Assembly (NCBI RefSeq): GCF_006345805.1
Contig: NC_043020.1
Coordinates: forward strand, 5,766,001 to 5,830,000
Source of the DNA: Octopus sinensis
Lineage: Eukaryota
Reading direction: 5' to 3'
Length of the DNA: 64,000 nucleotides
The notes beneath the pieces were generated by a model that was not told the origin of the DNA, ran no database searches, and was given only the letters and a program-made list of their open reading frames with translations. Both the position numbers and the translations under genes were made by a program. How positions within the stretch are numbered: position 1 is the first letter of the stretch; each line of letters begins with the position of its first letter. Below, piece after piece: positions 12,321-23,772 of the stretch.

Positions 12321-12807
12321 GCAAACCTACCTGTCCACTTGGCACTCTCACAAACTTACCTGTCCACTCGGCACTCTCGCAAACTTACCTGTTCACTCGG
12401 CACTCTCGCAAACTTACCTGTCCACTCGGCACTCTTGCAAACCTACCTGTCAACTCGGCACTCTCGCAATCCTACCTGTCCACTCGGCACTCTTGCAAAC
12501 CTACCTGTCCACTCGGCACTCTCGCAAACTTACCTGTCCACTCAGCACTCTCGCAAACCTACCTGTCCACTCGGCACTCTCACAAACTTACCTGTCCACT
12601 CAGCACTCTCGCAAACCTACCTGTCCACTCGGCACTCTCACAAACCTACCTGTTTACTCGGCACTCTCGCAATCCTACCTGTCCATTTGGCACTCTCATA
12701 AACTTACCTGTCCATTCAGCACTCTCGCAAACCTACCTGTCCACTTGGCACTCTCACAAACCTACCTGTCCACACGGCACTCTCGCAAACCTACCTGTCC
12801 ACTCAAC
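12321..12807. repeat. 29-bp minisatellite, 17 copies (GGCACTCTCGCAAAC(C/T)TACCTGTCCACTC) in ATP5F1C intron 4
   Basis: Period 29 measured and copies counted by eye. It explains the three overlapping repetitive ORFs at 12253-12889. Confidence 0.95.
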
Positions 12808-13278
12808 TCATCTAATTCGCTTCGCTTACATAGACCCCTCTTGTAACTTAAGGGCACGCTCTAATACATCTCTTTCTCTCCTTTTCTAACTGGTGTAGCC
12901 ATATCTCTTCTCTACTGCAAGACACTTGGTTCTGTCTCTCTATTCATACTTTAACCTCTCAATACCTGGCACAAAGCCACCTTCATCAATACAACTCCTG
13001 TCTCAGTTGGGGTGGTCCCCGTCTTGCAAGTTAGTTCGTGAACTCGCTGCTACAGGTGCCACATAAAAAGTACCCAGTATACTCTGTGAAGCGGTTGGGG
13101 TTAGGAAGGGTTCTATCTAACCATAGAAACCATGTCAAAGCAAACAAGAAAGCTTGGCACAGTCCTCTGTCTAACTATCCGACCCATACCAGCATGAAAA
13201 ACAAACACAGAATGATGTTAATGACAATGATGATGCTGATACTGCTAATGATGATGGTGATGATGACAGCATGCTTAC

Positions 13279-13480
13279 CTGGCAAGGATTCCTCGAGATT
13301 TTTCCCCAATAAGGACCAGTTTTGTGTCTACTCCTTCCTTCTTGCTGGCAATGGTATGTTTAATAGCTTTAGCTACACCTGTGTGGATGGCTCCACACAG
13401 ACCACGGTCAGACGACACAGCGATGATCAGGTGCTGAGGTTTCGAGTCATCTTGGCTGATTTCAGCTTTTTCAAAAAACT
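13279..13480 (-). CDS. ATP5F1C: ATP synthase F1 gamma, exon 4 (EFFEKAE...HLIIAVSSDRGLCGAIHTGVAK...IGEKSRGILAR)
   Basis: Conserved SSDRGLCG motif. ctgtag acceptor, GTAAGC donor, 202 nt, phases 1 and 2. Confidence 0.97.
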
Positions 13481-13726
13481 CTACAGAGGAACAAACAGAA
13501 AGAGACCCAAGTTGAAGAAAGAGAACATTGTGAAAGAATTAATATCCTGCAGCCAACATTTGGCTAATCCCAGGCAAAATCAGAATTCCCTTTGTCCCCA
13601 TCGCGACTTCATAGCAAAATCCCTACCTGGGCTCTAATTACATTCACGCACCCATGACTAACAGATGCAAATTCTTGTTTTTTTTAACCCTTTTCCGTCA
13701 AACACTCCCACTTGACAAGATTGACC

Positions 13727-13744
<18 letters not shown>

Positions 13745-13762
<18 letters not shown>

Positions 13763-14025
13763 TAGTTTTATTTTCATAACGTGCTTTCACTTCACTACCA
13801 AGCACAGCTCTGTGTGCCTTGGGTATGTGTTGTGATTTGTTGTGATGCTCTTATAGTTACTATATTGAAAGTGTTTTGCGTAGGATGTGTGCAGTGCCTA
13901 GTAGTGCAATTTTCTGTATGTTATATGTGTTTGTAAGTCCTGGTGTTTTTGTTATGTATTTGTCTGAATATTTTTTTATCATGCCTAATGCACCTACTAT
14001 GATAGGAATTGTTTCTGTTTTTATT
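13745..14025 (-). mobile_element. RLE-type (R4/Dong-like) non-LTR retrotransposon 3' end
   Basis: Minus strand reads KTETIPIIVGALGMIKK...IQKIALLGTAHILRKTLSI*, followed by a (TAA)n tail. This is typical of the restriction-like endonuclease C-terminus. Confidence 0.7.
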
Positions 14026-14723
14026 ATTATTATTATTAAGGTGACAAGCTGGCAGAATTGTTAGCACGCTGGGCAAAATGCTTAGCGGTATTTCGTCTGC
14101 TGCTGCGTTCTGAGTTCAAATTCCGCTGAGGTCGACTTTGCCTTTCATCCTGGGGGGGGGGGGGGGTTTCGATTAGACAAGTACCAGTTACACACTGGGG
14201 TTGATGTGATCAACCTAATCCATTTCCCCAAATCTGAGGCCTTGAGCTTCCAATAGAAAAGATTATTATTATTATTATTATGAAAGTGCAGAGCTAGAGC
14301 TGTTAGCATGTTAGACAAAATGTTTAGCTGCATTTCTTCCAATTCTTTACGTTCTGAGTTCAAATCCTGTCACGGTCGACTTTGTTTTTTTAGCCAATCA
14401 GGGTTGATAAAATTAATACCAGTTGAGCACTAGGGGGGACAATGTAATCAACCAATCCCCTCCCCACGAAATTTCTCTCTCAAATATATATATATACATA
14501 TATCCTTAAAATCCTTAAAAATGTTTTAGCCCGAAGGCCGCGGCCATGCTGGGGCACCACCACTGTATGTTTTATTTTAGTTCTTAAGAGAGTACAAGCT
14601 GGTCGCTAACAAAGCTTTTTGAGTTAAGAGAGTTCCTGGTGTTTGTAAACCTGTGGCTGAGTTGGTGTGTTGGTTGAACTGTCGATGCATAACACCCAAA
14701 TGTGTGCATTTATTCAGCTAGAG

Positions 14724-15058
14724 CAGGCCTGGCCAACCCGAATTATATTGTGGGCCACTTTAATCACAGCAAGTTTTTTGAGGGCCGTTTGTATACTGAC
14801 AGAATTTAAAGCATTTTGCTTTCTCATGTTAATATTATTCCAATAATGAATGAATGATTGTTGCTTCAACATGAAATATTATCGTTGCAAAAACAGTAGT
14901 AGCTTTCTTTTTTTACTTTTCATTACAATCTTTAATTTCTGATAAAATTTTTAAAATATTTGTTTAAATAAACCCATTTCAAGAAAGCATCAAGTAGGCC
15001 GCAAGATAAAAGTCTGCGGGCAGCATGTGGCCCATGGGCGTCAGGTTGGCCAGCCCTG
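14724..15058. mobile_element. hAT (Charlie-like) MITE
   Basis: TIRs caggcctggccaacc / ggttggccagccctg; 8-bp TSD agctagag / atctagag (7/8 match, fits NTCTAGAN). Confidence 0.75.
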
Positions 15059-15099
15059 ATCTAGAGAATCTCAGATGGGGAATTTTTGGAATGTCTTAC

Positions 15100-15805
15100 A
15101 CATCTTCATTGTGCCACAACACTGATATCAAGAAATCCTCTTGCGAGCGTGACCTAGGCATCACTGTCAGCAGTGATTTGCATTGGACAAAGCATATCTC
15201 TAAAATTGTCAAGAAGGCCGAGGGTGTCTTGGCATCACTCGGCAAGACTTTTGTTAGCCGCTCTCCAGCCATCTATTTAAAACTGTATACAGCTATGGTA
15301 CGACCACACTTGGAATTCGCATCATCAGTTTGGAACCTCTATCTTGCTCAGAACATTGACCTCCTGGAATCTGTCCAGAGACGTGCAACCAAACGCATAC
15401 CCTCCATCAGACACCTACCATATTCTGAGTGCCTTGTTTCCCTGGGCATGGATTCACTGAAGCTCCGGTGTCTGGCGACGGACTTGGTAAACACCCACAA
15501 AGTTATCAACCACCTCACCAACAACAACACTGAACACCTTTTTGATCTCCATGTGTCTAACACACGTGGACATGCCTACAAAGTCAGAAAACAACACAGC
15601 TCCCATGACTTTCGGAAACATTTTTTCACGCTCAGAGTTGCTGAAGCATGGAATAAACTGCCTGCGTCAGTTGTTGACTGCCATGACACTGCATCCTTTA
15701 AGGCCCTCATGCTTTCCGAAATCCGCCGAAACTACACCTGATTATATATACACTTTAGATGAGTTGTAGTGCACCTGAGCACTGTACACAATTATTATTA
15801 TTATC
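15100..15805 (+). mobile_element. CR1-clade LINE 3' fragment in ATP5F1C intron 3
   Basis: ORF 15025-15741 carries CR1 RT C-terminal motifs LYTAMVRPHLEFASSVW, LESVQRRATK, FFTLRVAEAWNKLP; ends in an (ATT)n tail. Confidence 0.9.
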
Positions 15806-15857
15806 TGGAGAATCTATGTCAGTTACTTTTTTTCCGTCTCAATAAAACCAAGTGTTT

Positions 15858-16120
15858 TTAAGAATTTGTTGGTACGTAACCTAATGCACCTATGATGACA
15901 GGTGCAAACGAGAATTCATAGCCAGTGTACAAAAACTGTAAGTTCCACATTAATTTGTCAAACGTTCTTTTTCCTGGACCTTTGATTGTACATTCACATC
16001 TTGTGGACAGCTTGATCTCTGCAACAGAGCATGGCTTTTGTTCCCAGCCCCACAGAATAATATCAGCTCTGCTATGTTGGCTTTGAATTGATATTTTTAT
16101 TGGGCTGTTCCAAAACTGAG
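15858..16120 (-). mobile_element. Decayed RLE-domain fragment of an R2-superfamily (R4/Hero-like) LINE
   Basis: ORF 15858-16127 ADIILW...YEFSFAPVIIGALGYVP resembles the PD-(D/E)xK RLE region. Confidence 0.55.
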
Positions 16121-16123
16121 CAT

Positions 16124-16400
16124 CCAAGGACTAGATACTGGAATTTAAACTGGGTACCCAAGGACTAGATACTGGAATTTAAACTAGGTACACAAGGACT
16201 AGATACTGGAATTTAAACTGGGTACCCAAGGACTAGATACTGGAATTTAAACTGGGTACACAAGGACTAGATACTGGAATTTAAACTGGGTACCCAAGGA
16301 CTAGATACTGGAATTTAAACTAGGTACACAAGGACTAGATACTGGAATTTAAACTGGGTACCAAGGACTAGGTACTGGAATTTAAACTGGGTACCCAAGA
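16124..16400. repeat. 34-bp minisatellite, ~8 copies (CAAGGACTAGATACTGGAATTTAAACTGGGTACC)
   Basis: Period 34 (16125 to 16159); ends ~155 nt into intron 3 from the exon 3 donor. Confidence 0.92.
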
Positions 16401-16557
16401 ACAAGGTGTTGGTGTTAAACTCAGCACCAAAAGTACCAGGTATTGTTATTTAGTCCACCACTAGAATCTGGTGCAAAATCTCTTTTAGATACATTCTTCA
16501 ATAAAACAGTGAAATAAATAAATGAAAAATAAAATAAAATTAAAAATAACTACTTAC

Positions 16558-16689
16558 CTAGTGATCCATGGCCATAGGGGCGGGCAGGTTTCAAATCCTT
16601 CTCAGCCCGAGCAAATTTGGCAGCTGACACCATCTTCATGGATTTTGTGATCTTTTGAATGTTGCTCACAGACTTTAGACGAAGACGAA
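16558..16689 (-). CDS. ATP5F1C: ATP synthase F1 gamma, exon 3 ([44 protein letters not shown])
   Basis: Hallmark gamma-subunit N-terminal helix [16 protein letters not shown]. ttttcag acceptor, GTAAGT donor, 132 nt. Too short to appear in the ORF track. Confidence 0.97.
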
Positions 16690-16984
16690 CTGAAAAGCAA
16701 AGCAATTAGACATTGGTACACTTACTACTACTATTACTACTACTAGAGTGTTACACGACAGGTAAATTTGGAAGTACGCTTTTGCCACCTCGCCTGTGCT
16801 TGTGCCACATAAAAAGCACTAAGTCCACTCTGCTGAGTGGTCGGTGTTAGGAAGGGCATCCAGCTGTAAAAATCCTGCCAAAACAGTCACAGAAGTCTGG
16901 TGCAGGCTTTGGCCTGGCCGGCTCCTATTAAACTGTCCCACCCATGCCAGCATGGAACATGGATGTATGATGATAAACAGTAAC

Positions 16985-19720
16985 TAGAACGGTGGTAGCA
17001 GGGAATTGTATCAGACAGCCAAAAGGGAAGCTAGGAGACAGGTTATATAGCAGAGGGGAGGGGAAGCGGATAAGAAAAAATTGCCAATGTTCTGAGCCGT
17101 GAGGATGAAAGACTTGAGGTATTTCGTGTTGCAAGACAGTGTGTGAGAGAGAATCGTGATGTGGTAGGAGAGAAGTGTGTTCGCATGGATGATGGTTCAC
17201 TTGCGCTAAATGAGGATGCAAAGAGAGAGGTTTGGAGATGCCACTATGAAAGTTTGCTGAATAAAGAAAATGAATGGGATAAAGAGAGTCTGCCAAATGT
17301 TGACCCAACAGAGGGACCAGCTATCCGAGTTGATAGTTCCGTAGTAGCTAAGGCAGTTAGAAGCATGAAGACAGGGAAAGCCCAGGCCCATCAGGAATTA
17401 CTGCAGAGATGCTCAAAATATCTGGCAGTGTCGGCTATAACTAGTCACCCGTATAGTCAACCAGGTGATACACGAAGGAGTCATACCCAATGACTGGTGT
17501 AGCAGCATACTAGTCAACTGCTACAAAGGTAAAGGTGATGCCCTGGATACAAATAATTACAGAGGTATCAAGCTGTTGGATCAGGTAATGAAGGTTACGA
17601 GAGGGTCTTAGCCCAACTAATTAGAGAGAGAGTTAGTTTAGATGAGATGCAGTTTGGGTTTTTCCCAGGGAAAAGCACACTGATGCTATATTCCTGGTAA
17701 GGCAGCTGCAGGAGAAATACCTACCAAGGATAAGCCCCTGTACCTGGCTTTTTTGACATGGAGAAAGCCTTTGATAGGGTCCCCCGATCCTCATCTGGTG
17801 GTCAATGAGGAAACTAGGGATAGATGAATGGCTGGTGAGGGCTGTGCAAGCCATGTACAGAGATGCCGTAAGTAAGGTTAGAGTTGGCAACATGTACACA
17901 GAAGAATTCAAAGTAGAGGTTGGGGTCCACCAGGGTTCAGTACTCAGCCCCTCCTATTTATCATAGTCCTCCAGGCAATAACGGAGGAATTCAAGACCGG
18001 TGCCCCTGGGAGCTCCTCTATGCTGACGACCTCGCTCTAATCGCTGAGTCACTATCAGAACTGGAGGAGAAGTTCCAGGTGTGGAAGGAGGGTTTAGAAT
18101 CGAGGGGCCTTAGAGTCAACCTAGCTAAAACCAAAGTACTAATAAGTAGAAAGGTAGAAAACCCAAAATATCATCAGGAAGATGGCCCTGCTCGATCTGT
18201 AGAAAAGGTGTAGGTAGAAACTCTATAAGATGTACCGTGTAAGCTATGGACACATAAGAGGTGCAGCAATGTCAAAGGTAGGCTAACTGGGAAGATAGTT
18301 TTTGTATGTGGCAGGTGCTCTGGAGCACTGACCTCCGAAAATCTGCAGAAAACAACTTCTGTCACTTTCCGGGGGGAAAAACTAGAAGTAGTTGATAGTT
18401 TCCGCTATCTAGGTGACCAAGTCAGTAGTGGGGGTGGGTGCGCTGAAAGTGTAACTGCTAGAATAAGAATAGCCTGGGCAAAGTTTAGGGAGCTCTTACC
18501 TCTGCTGGTGACTAAAGGCCTCTCGCTCAGAGTAAAAGGCAGACTGTATGATGCATGTGTACGAACAGCTATGCTACATGGCAGTGAAACATGGGCCGTG
18601 ACTGCTGAGGACATGCGTAAGCTCGTGAGGAACGAAGCCAGTATGCTCCGATGGATGTGTAATGTCAGTGTACTTACTCGACAGAGCGTTAGTACCTTGA
18701 GAGAAATGTTGTACCTAAGAAGCATCAGTTGTTGTGTGCAAGAGAGACGATTGCGCTGGTATGGTCATGTGGCGAGAATGGATGAAGAGAGGTGTGTGAG
18801 AAGTGCCAATCCCTAGCAGTTGAGGGAACCCGTGGAAGAGGTAGACCCAGGAAAACCTGGGACGAGGTGGTGAAGCACGACCTTCGGACGTTAGGTCTCA
18901 CCATGGAAATGACTAGAGACCGAGACCTATGGAAGTATGCTGTGCGTGAGAAGACCCGGCAAGACTAGTGAAGCCATAATCCGTGGCCCCTACCTGGGAC
19001 GTAGTCAGTCCACCTGTGCATACCTTCCTTCTTGTGACACTTGTGAAGACCTGTTGAGGCAAGTGAGAATCGAATCGTATCAAATCAAATCGAACCAAAT
19101 CAAAATAGATGAACATCAATGGAATTTGTATCCTTGTGGTACCAGTGCCGGTGGCACATAAGAAAACCATCCGAACGTGACCGTAGCCAGTACCGCAATG
19201 ACTGGCCTCCGTGCTGAGGGCACGTAACAAACACCATCCGAGCGTGGCCGTCCGCCAGCCTCGTCTAGCACCTGTGTCGGTGACACATAAGAAAACACCA
19301 TCCGAGCGTGGCCGTCTGCCAGCCTCGTCTGGCACCTGTGTCGGTGGCACATAAAAAACACCATCCGAGCGTGGCCGTCTGCCAGCCTCGTCTGGCACCT
19401 GTGTCGGTGGCACATAAAAAACACCATCCGAGCGTGGCCGTCTGCCAGCCTCGTCTGGCACCTGTGTCGGTGGCACATAAAAAACACCATCCGAGCGTGG
19501 CCGTCTGCCAGCCTCGTCTGGCACCTGTGTCGGTGGCACATAAAATCACCCACTACTCTCGGAGTGGTTGGCGTTAGGAAGGGCATCCAGCTGTAGAAAC
19601 ACTGCCACATCTGACTGGCCTGGTGCAGCCTTCGGGCTTCCCAGACCCCAGTTGAACCGTCCAACCCATGCTAGCATGGAAAGCGGACGTTAAACGATGA
19701 TGATGATGATGATGATGATT
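16985..19720 (+). mobile_element. 5'-truncated, frameshifted RTE-clade LINE (RT remnant + 3' UTR + (GAT)n tail) in ATP5F1C intron 2, antisense to the gene
   Basis: RT motifs in broken frames: NNYRGIKLL, QFGF, DMEKAFDRVP, ELLYADDL, FRYLG, KGRLYDACVRTAMLHGSETW, RRLRWYGHVARM. 3' UTR carries ~60-bp tandem modules and ends in a gatgatgat tail. Confidence 0.9.
19210..19545 (+). repeat. ~60-bp tandem modules in the RTE 3' UTR (about 5 copies), plus a 159-bp duplication at ~19742-20070
   Basis: caccatccgagcgtggccgtctgccagcctcgtctggcacctgtgtcggtggcacataaaaa is repeated. Confidence 0.9.
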
Positions 19721-20819
19721 ATATATATTAGTGACGGAGACCTTTGGCGATATGCTGTGCTTAAGAAGACCCCTCAAGCCAAGTGGAATCGTAGCCGTGG
19801 CCAATGCCAGTGCTGCATAACTGGCACCCGTGCCGGTGGCACATAAAAGGCACCCTTCGATCTCTGAGCCTCATGGAGGTAGTGACAAGGGACCGAGACC
19901 CTTGGCAATATGCTGTGCTTGAGAAGACCCCTCAAGCCAAGTGGAATCGTAGCCGTGGCCAATGCCAGTGCTGCATAACTGGCACCCGTGCCGGTGGCAC
20001 ATAAAAGGCACCCTTCGATCTCTGAGCCTCATGGAGGCAGTGACAAGGGACCGGAGACCCATGGCAATACGCTGTGCTTGAGAAGACCTGTCAAGCCAAG
20101 TGAGATCATAGTTGTGGTCAATGCTGGTGTTGTGTAACTGGTACCTGTGCCAGTGGCATGTAAAAAGAACCTGCTACACTCTTGGAGTGGTTCGCGTTAT
20201 GTAGAGCATCCAGCTGTAGAAATCATGCCAAATCAGAATGGAACCCTGTGCAGTTCCCCAGCTGACCAGTTTTCAGTCAAACCGTCTAACCCATGCCAGC
20301 ATGGAAAACAGAAGATAATGATGATGGTGACATAATACATTATATGGAATATGGAAAATTCCAGAAAGTACCCCACCATCAACAACAGGTTAACTTGGTT
20401 GCTGTGTCTCAAGTGCACATTGCATGAAACTGAATAGTCTTGGTTCCTGTGCAGTAAGTGTGTTTTTGCATGTACTGGCATCGGAATGCACGGGCCTGGG
20501 ACCAAGACCAAAGTTTCTTGTGGAAGACTAACAGTTACCCATTCATGCACGTTTTGCCACACCTTGCTACTGATTTTGCTAAGATGAAATAGTGACAGGA
20601 AACTCTGGAACTAGACAGACAGACAGAAAACTAACAATGAGAAATCCTCATCTACATAGGTGCAGGAGTGGCTGTGTGGTAAGTAGCTTGCTAACCAACC
20701 ACATGGTTCCGGGTTCAGTCCCACTGCGTGGCATCTTGGGCAAGTGTCTTCTGCTATAGCCCCGGGCCGACCAATGCCTTGTGAGTGGATTTGGTAGACG
20801 GAAACTGAAAGAAGCCTGT

Positions 20820-20866
<47 letters not shown>

Positions 20867-21092
20867 ATGTGTTTGTGTGTCTGTGTTTGTCCCCCTAGCA
20901 TCGCTTGACAACCGATGCTGGTGTGTTTACGTCCCCGTCACTTAGCGGTTCGGCAAAAGAGACCGACAGAATAAGTACTGGGCTTACAAAAGAATAAGTC
21001 CCGGGGTCGATTTGCTCGACTAAAAAGGCGATGCTCCAGCATGGCCGCAGTCAAATGACTGAAACAAGTAAAAGGGAAAGAGAAATACTTAC

Positions 21093-21127
21093 TGTCCTTC
21101 AAGGTGGCCATGCCCCGAGTCTGCGCA
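21093..21127 (-). CDS. ATP5F1C: ATP synthase F1 gamma, exon 2 (AQTRGMATLKD)
   Basis: ttttacag acceptor, GTAAGT donor, 35 nt. Encodes the conserved mature N-terminus MATLKD; phases 2 and 1 match the neighbouring exons. Confidence 0.93.
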
Positions 21128-22757
21128 CTGTAAAACAAAATAACAGAGGTTAAGGAAATGCATAGCTCTAAACGTGTTTTATTAATGTATTTATGGTGTA
21201 TATTTTGTCTTGTTGTATTTTTGCGTATTGAGATTAGGTCAGCTACCTCCACCTGCGTTCACCACCACCTCCTCCCACCCACTATGCCTCTTTAACACTG
21301 TTCTGAACTTACCAACCCACTCACCCCGTCCAATTTTCCATAACATAAAACAGGTAGAATGTTTGGGTCGGCTTAAATGCTAGAGTTGATGAGAGCTGAC
21401 CAAAGAGGAAGATGTCTTTCCTCAAGCCATTCAGCCTCATCACCACACAAAACTGCTTTTCACCAAAGCCACAAAACAGGGGGAACACTGCCCGGTTAAG
21501 AGAGGGTGGTGAGATGACCCCCCCCCTCATGAGGGAATTGGCCAAGGGCTGGATTTCTATTACATGAGACAACAGCTGTCCAAAATAAATCGACAAATCA
21601 GCAATGAGAATTTGAGCAGGACCTCATCGGTGGAGCAACAATTACATAGGAAAATATATCTACCAAAATACATCACCACCATCATCAATATCACTGTGAC
21701 ATTATGCGGGGGGGGGGGGGGTTAGTGCAAATTACTTATTTCTTTATTACCCACAAGGGGCTAAACATAGAGGGGACAAACAAGGACAGACATAGGTATT
21801 AAGTCAATTACATCGACCCCAGTGCGTAACTGGTACTTATTTAATCGACCCCAGTGCGTAACTGGTACTTATTTAATCGACCCCGAAAGGATGAAAGGCA
21901 AAGTTGACTTCGGCGGAATTTGAACTCAGAACGTAACGACAGACAAAATACCGCTAAGCATTTCGCCCGGCATGCTAACAATTCTGCCAGCTTGCCGCAT
22001 TTTCAAATTACCGTCACCTTAAACTGCTCCAGAATTTCATGGATTATTTCATCTACAAGTCTTTCTTAACCTGTTAATTATTATTATTACGGAGGCAGCA
22101 TAACGGCAGAATCGTTAGTGCATCGAACAAAATGCTCAGAGGCATTTCTTCCAGTTCTTTATGTTCTCAGAGTAAATTCCGCCGAGGTCGACTTTGCCTT
22201 TCATTCTTTCACCGTCGATAAAATGAAATACCAGTCAAGTACTCGGGGCCATGAAATCGACTTGACCCCCCCCCCCATCCCTCAAAATGTCAAGCCTTGT
22301 ACCCACAGTAGAAACAATTATTCTTATTGGTTGCTGTTTATTATATTATAAAATACAAATAAACTAAAATAAACCATTATTAGTATTATTGGCGATGTTT
22401 AACGTTGCCTTATTATTAAGTGTATTGCAAAAGACCATCGATGAAGATGTAAATTATTTTCATAACATTGTGACCGAATCTTTCTCATAACTTATAATAA
22501 TAATAATAATAATAATAATATACCCAGGTGTTGTGTACTTTTTTCGTTCTCACCTAACCTACATCAAAGTACAAACGGGGGCAATAGGATAGAAATGTCA
22601 CACAGAACACCGCTTTTTCAAGAACTATAACACATTTTATCATCGTGTCTGTTATGATGCTTTGTAGATATTTATATATATATAATTTAGTTAATCATCG
22701 ATATTTTATTGTTATTTTACGTTTAATATTCCTATTATATGTTATTTTCTTCTAATT

Positions 22758-22798
<41 letters not shown>

Positions 22799-23634
22799 TA
22801 TTGTTCACGTCCTGTGAACAACCTTCGACTTTTTCTATCTAACCAGAGGGGTTTTTAAACAAATATTTACACACTATTTTCATATATTTGCTTCGAGATC
22901 TACCGTTCCAATATATATATATATAGAGAGAGAGGGGACAATACGATATGATCTAGGGGTCATGACACATTCTACAAGTATACCAAGTTTACAAGTGTTT
23001 AGTTTTAAAAAAATTATTTTTAAATCTGTCGGTCAAAGTGAAAAGATCCCAAACATGTAATGTGTGTCTCCTAGGAAAGGTTGTGTCTAGTTTAAGAATT
23101 TTAAGGGTGTCTGGAGGAGAGTTTTTTTTTCAGCTCTTAACTCCTACCCTCTACACCTGGGTGTAGGACATGAAAAACAAGGGTGAAAAGAAAGTATGAA
23201 CATATTATACAGTATGGTACACAATCTAAAAGCATTATTTAAGACGAGTAGGTACACAGATGGTGTTTAAAGAGCTTTGATAGCTGCATTTTCGGTGCAA
23301 CGTATCGTCTGACCTTGTGCCCTTGCGAAAAACTTCTTAGCATCCATCCATAGATGATAATACAGCAAGGAAAATTAATGTAATAAATGCATATAAAATA
23401 TTTAGGAAGGGCAAAACGAAGAAAGCAATGTTGGAGTAGAAATAAAATTGGGTAAATATGATATGGGGTTGAGGTGGAAATAGGCAATCGGGGACGTTTG
23501 GAAGGCGAGGTTATGTCATTAAGAAGACAGGTGAGGGTGTACTTTGGTAAAGACATGGGTAAGGAATTGAAGGATGTGGCGGGAGATGAAAGAAATGGTT
23601 TGTTTAGATTTAAAGGCTGAACGTTGTGACTGAC

Positions 23635-23672
23635 CATTGTGGCGTGAAAATCTGTACGGTTCGGCAGAACAT
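23635..23672 (-). CDS. ATP5F1C: ATP synthase F1 gamma, coding exon 1 (transit peptide MFCRTVQIFTPQ+TG)
   Basis: ATG at 23672-23670, 38 nt, ends in phase 2 at donor GTCAGT. Joins exon 2 to give TPQC-AQTRGMAT, like human MFSR...QPQW-IQVRNMAT. Confidence 0.85.
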
Positions 23673-23743
23673 GGCTATGTAACCTTGGGTTGGTGTTGTG
23701 ATCGAAGAAGATAGTTTAGCGAGGTCGTCTTGATGAGACCGCC

Positions 23744-23772
23744 ACTATAGTCCCGCACCACATACACTTCCG
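23744..23772 (-). promoter_or_regulatory. Likely ATP5F1C core promoter / 5' UTR: ETS/GABP-like CGGAAGT and ZNF143/Staf-like ACTATAGTCCCGCA
   Basis: acttccg at 23766-23772 and actatagtcccgca at 23744-23757 lie in a CpG-enriched patch ~70-100 nt upstream of the ATG. Such motifs are typical of nuclear OXPHOS/housekeeping promoters. Motif assignment is by resemblance only. Confidence 0.5.

Noticed and set aside
12253-12889. 197/191/120-aa repetitive ORFs
   Set aside because: Translations of the 29-bp minisatellite, open in all three frames because the unit lacks stops.
13038-13637. 199-aa plus-strand ORF
   Set aside because: Antisense shadow of ATP5F1C exon 4 plus a flanking family-E repeat.
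20611-20911. Recurrent ORFs such as [45 protein letters not shown] and MPKMPRSGTEPGTMWLVSKLL
   Set aside because: Alternative-frame translations of SINE family A, recurring at every copy; not a gene family.
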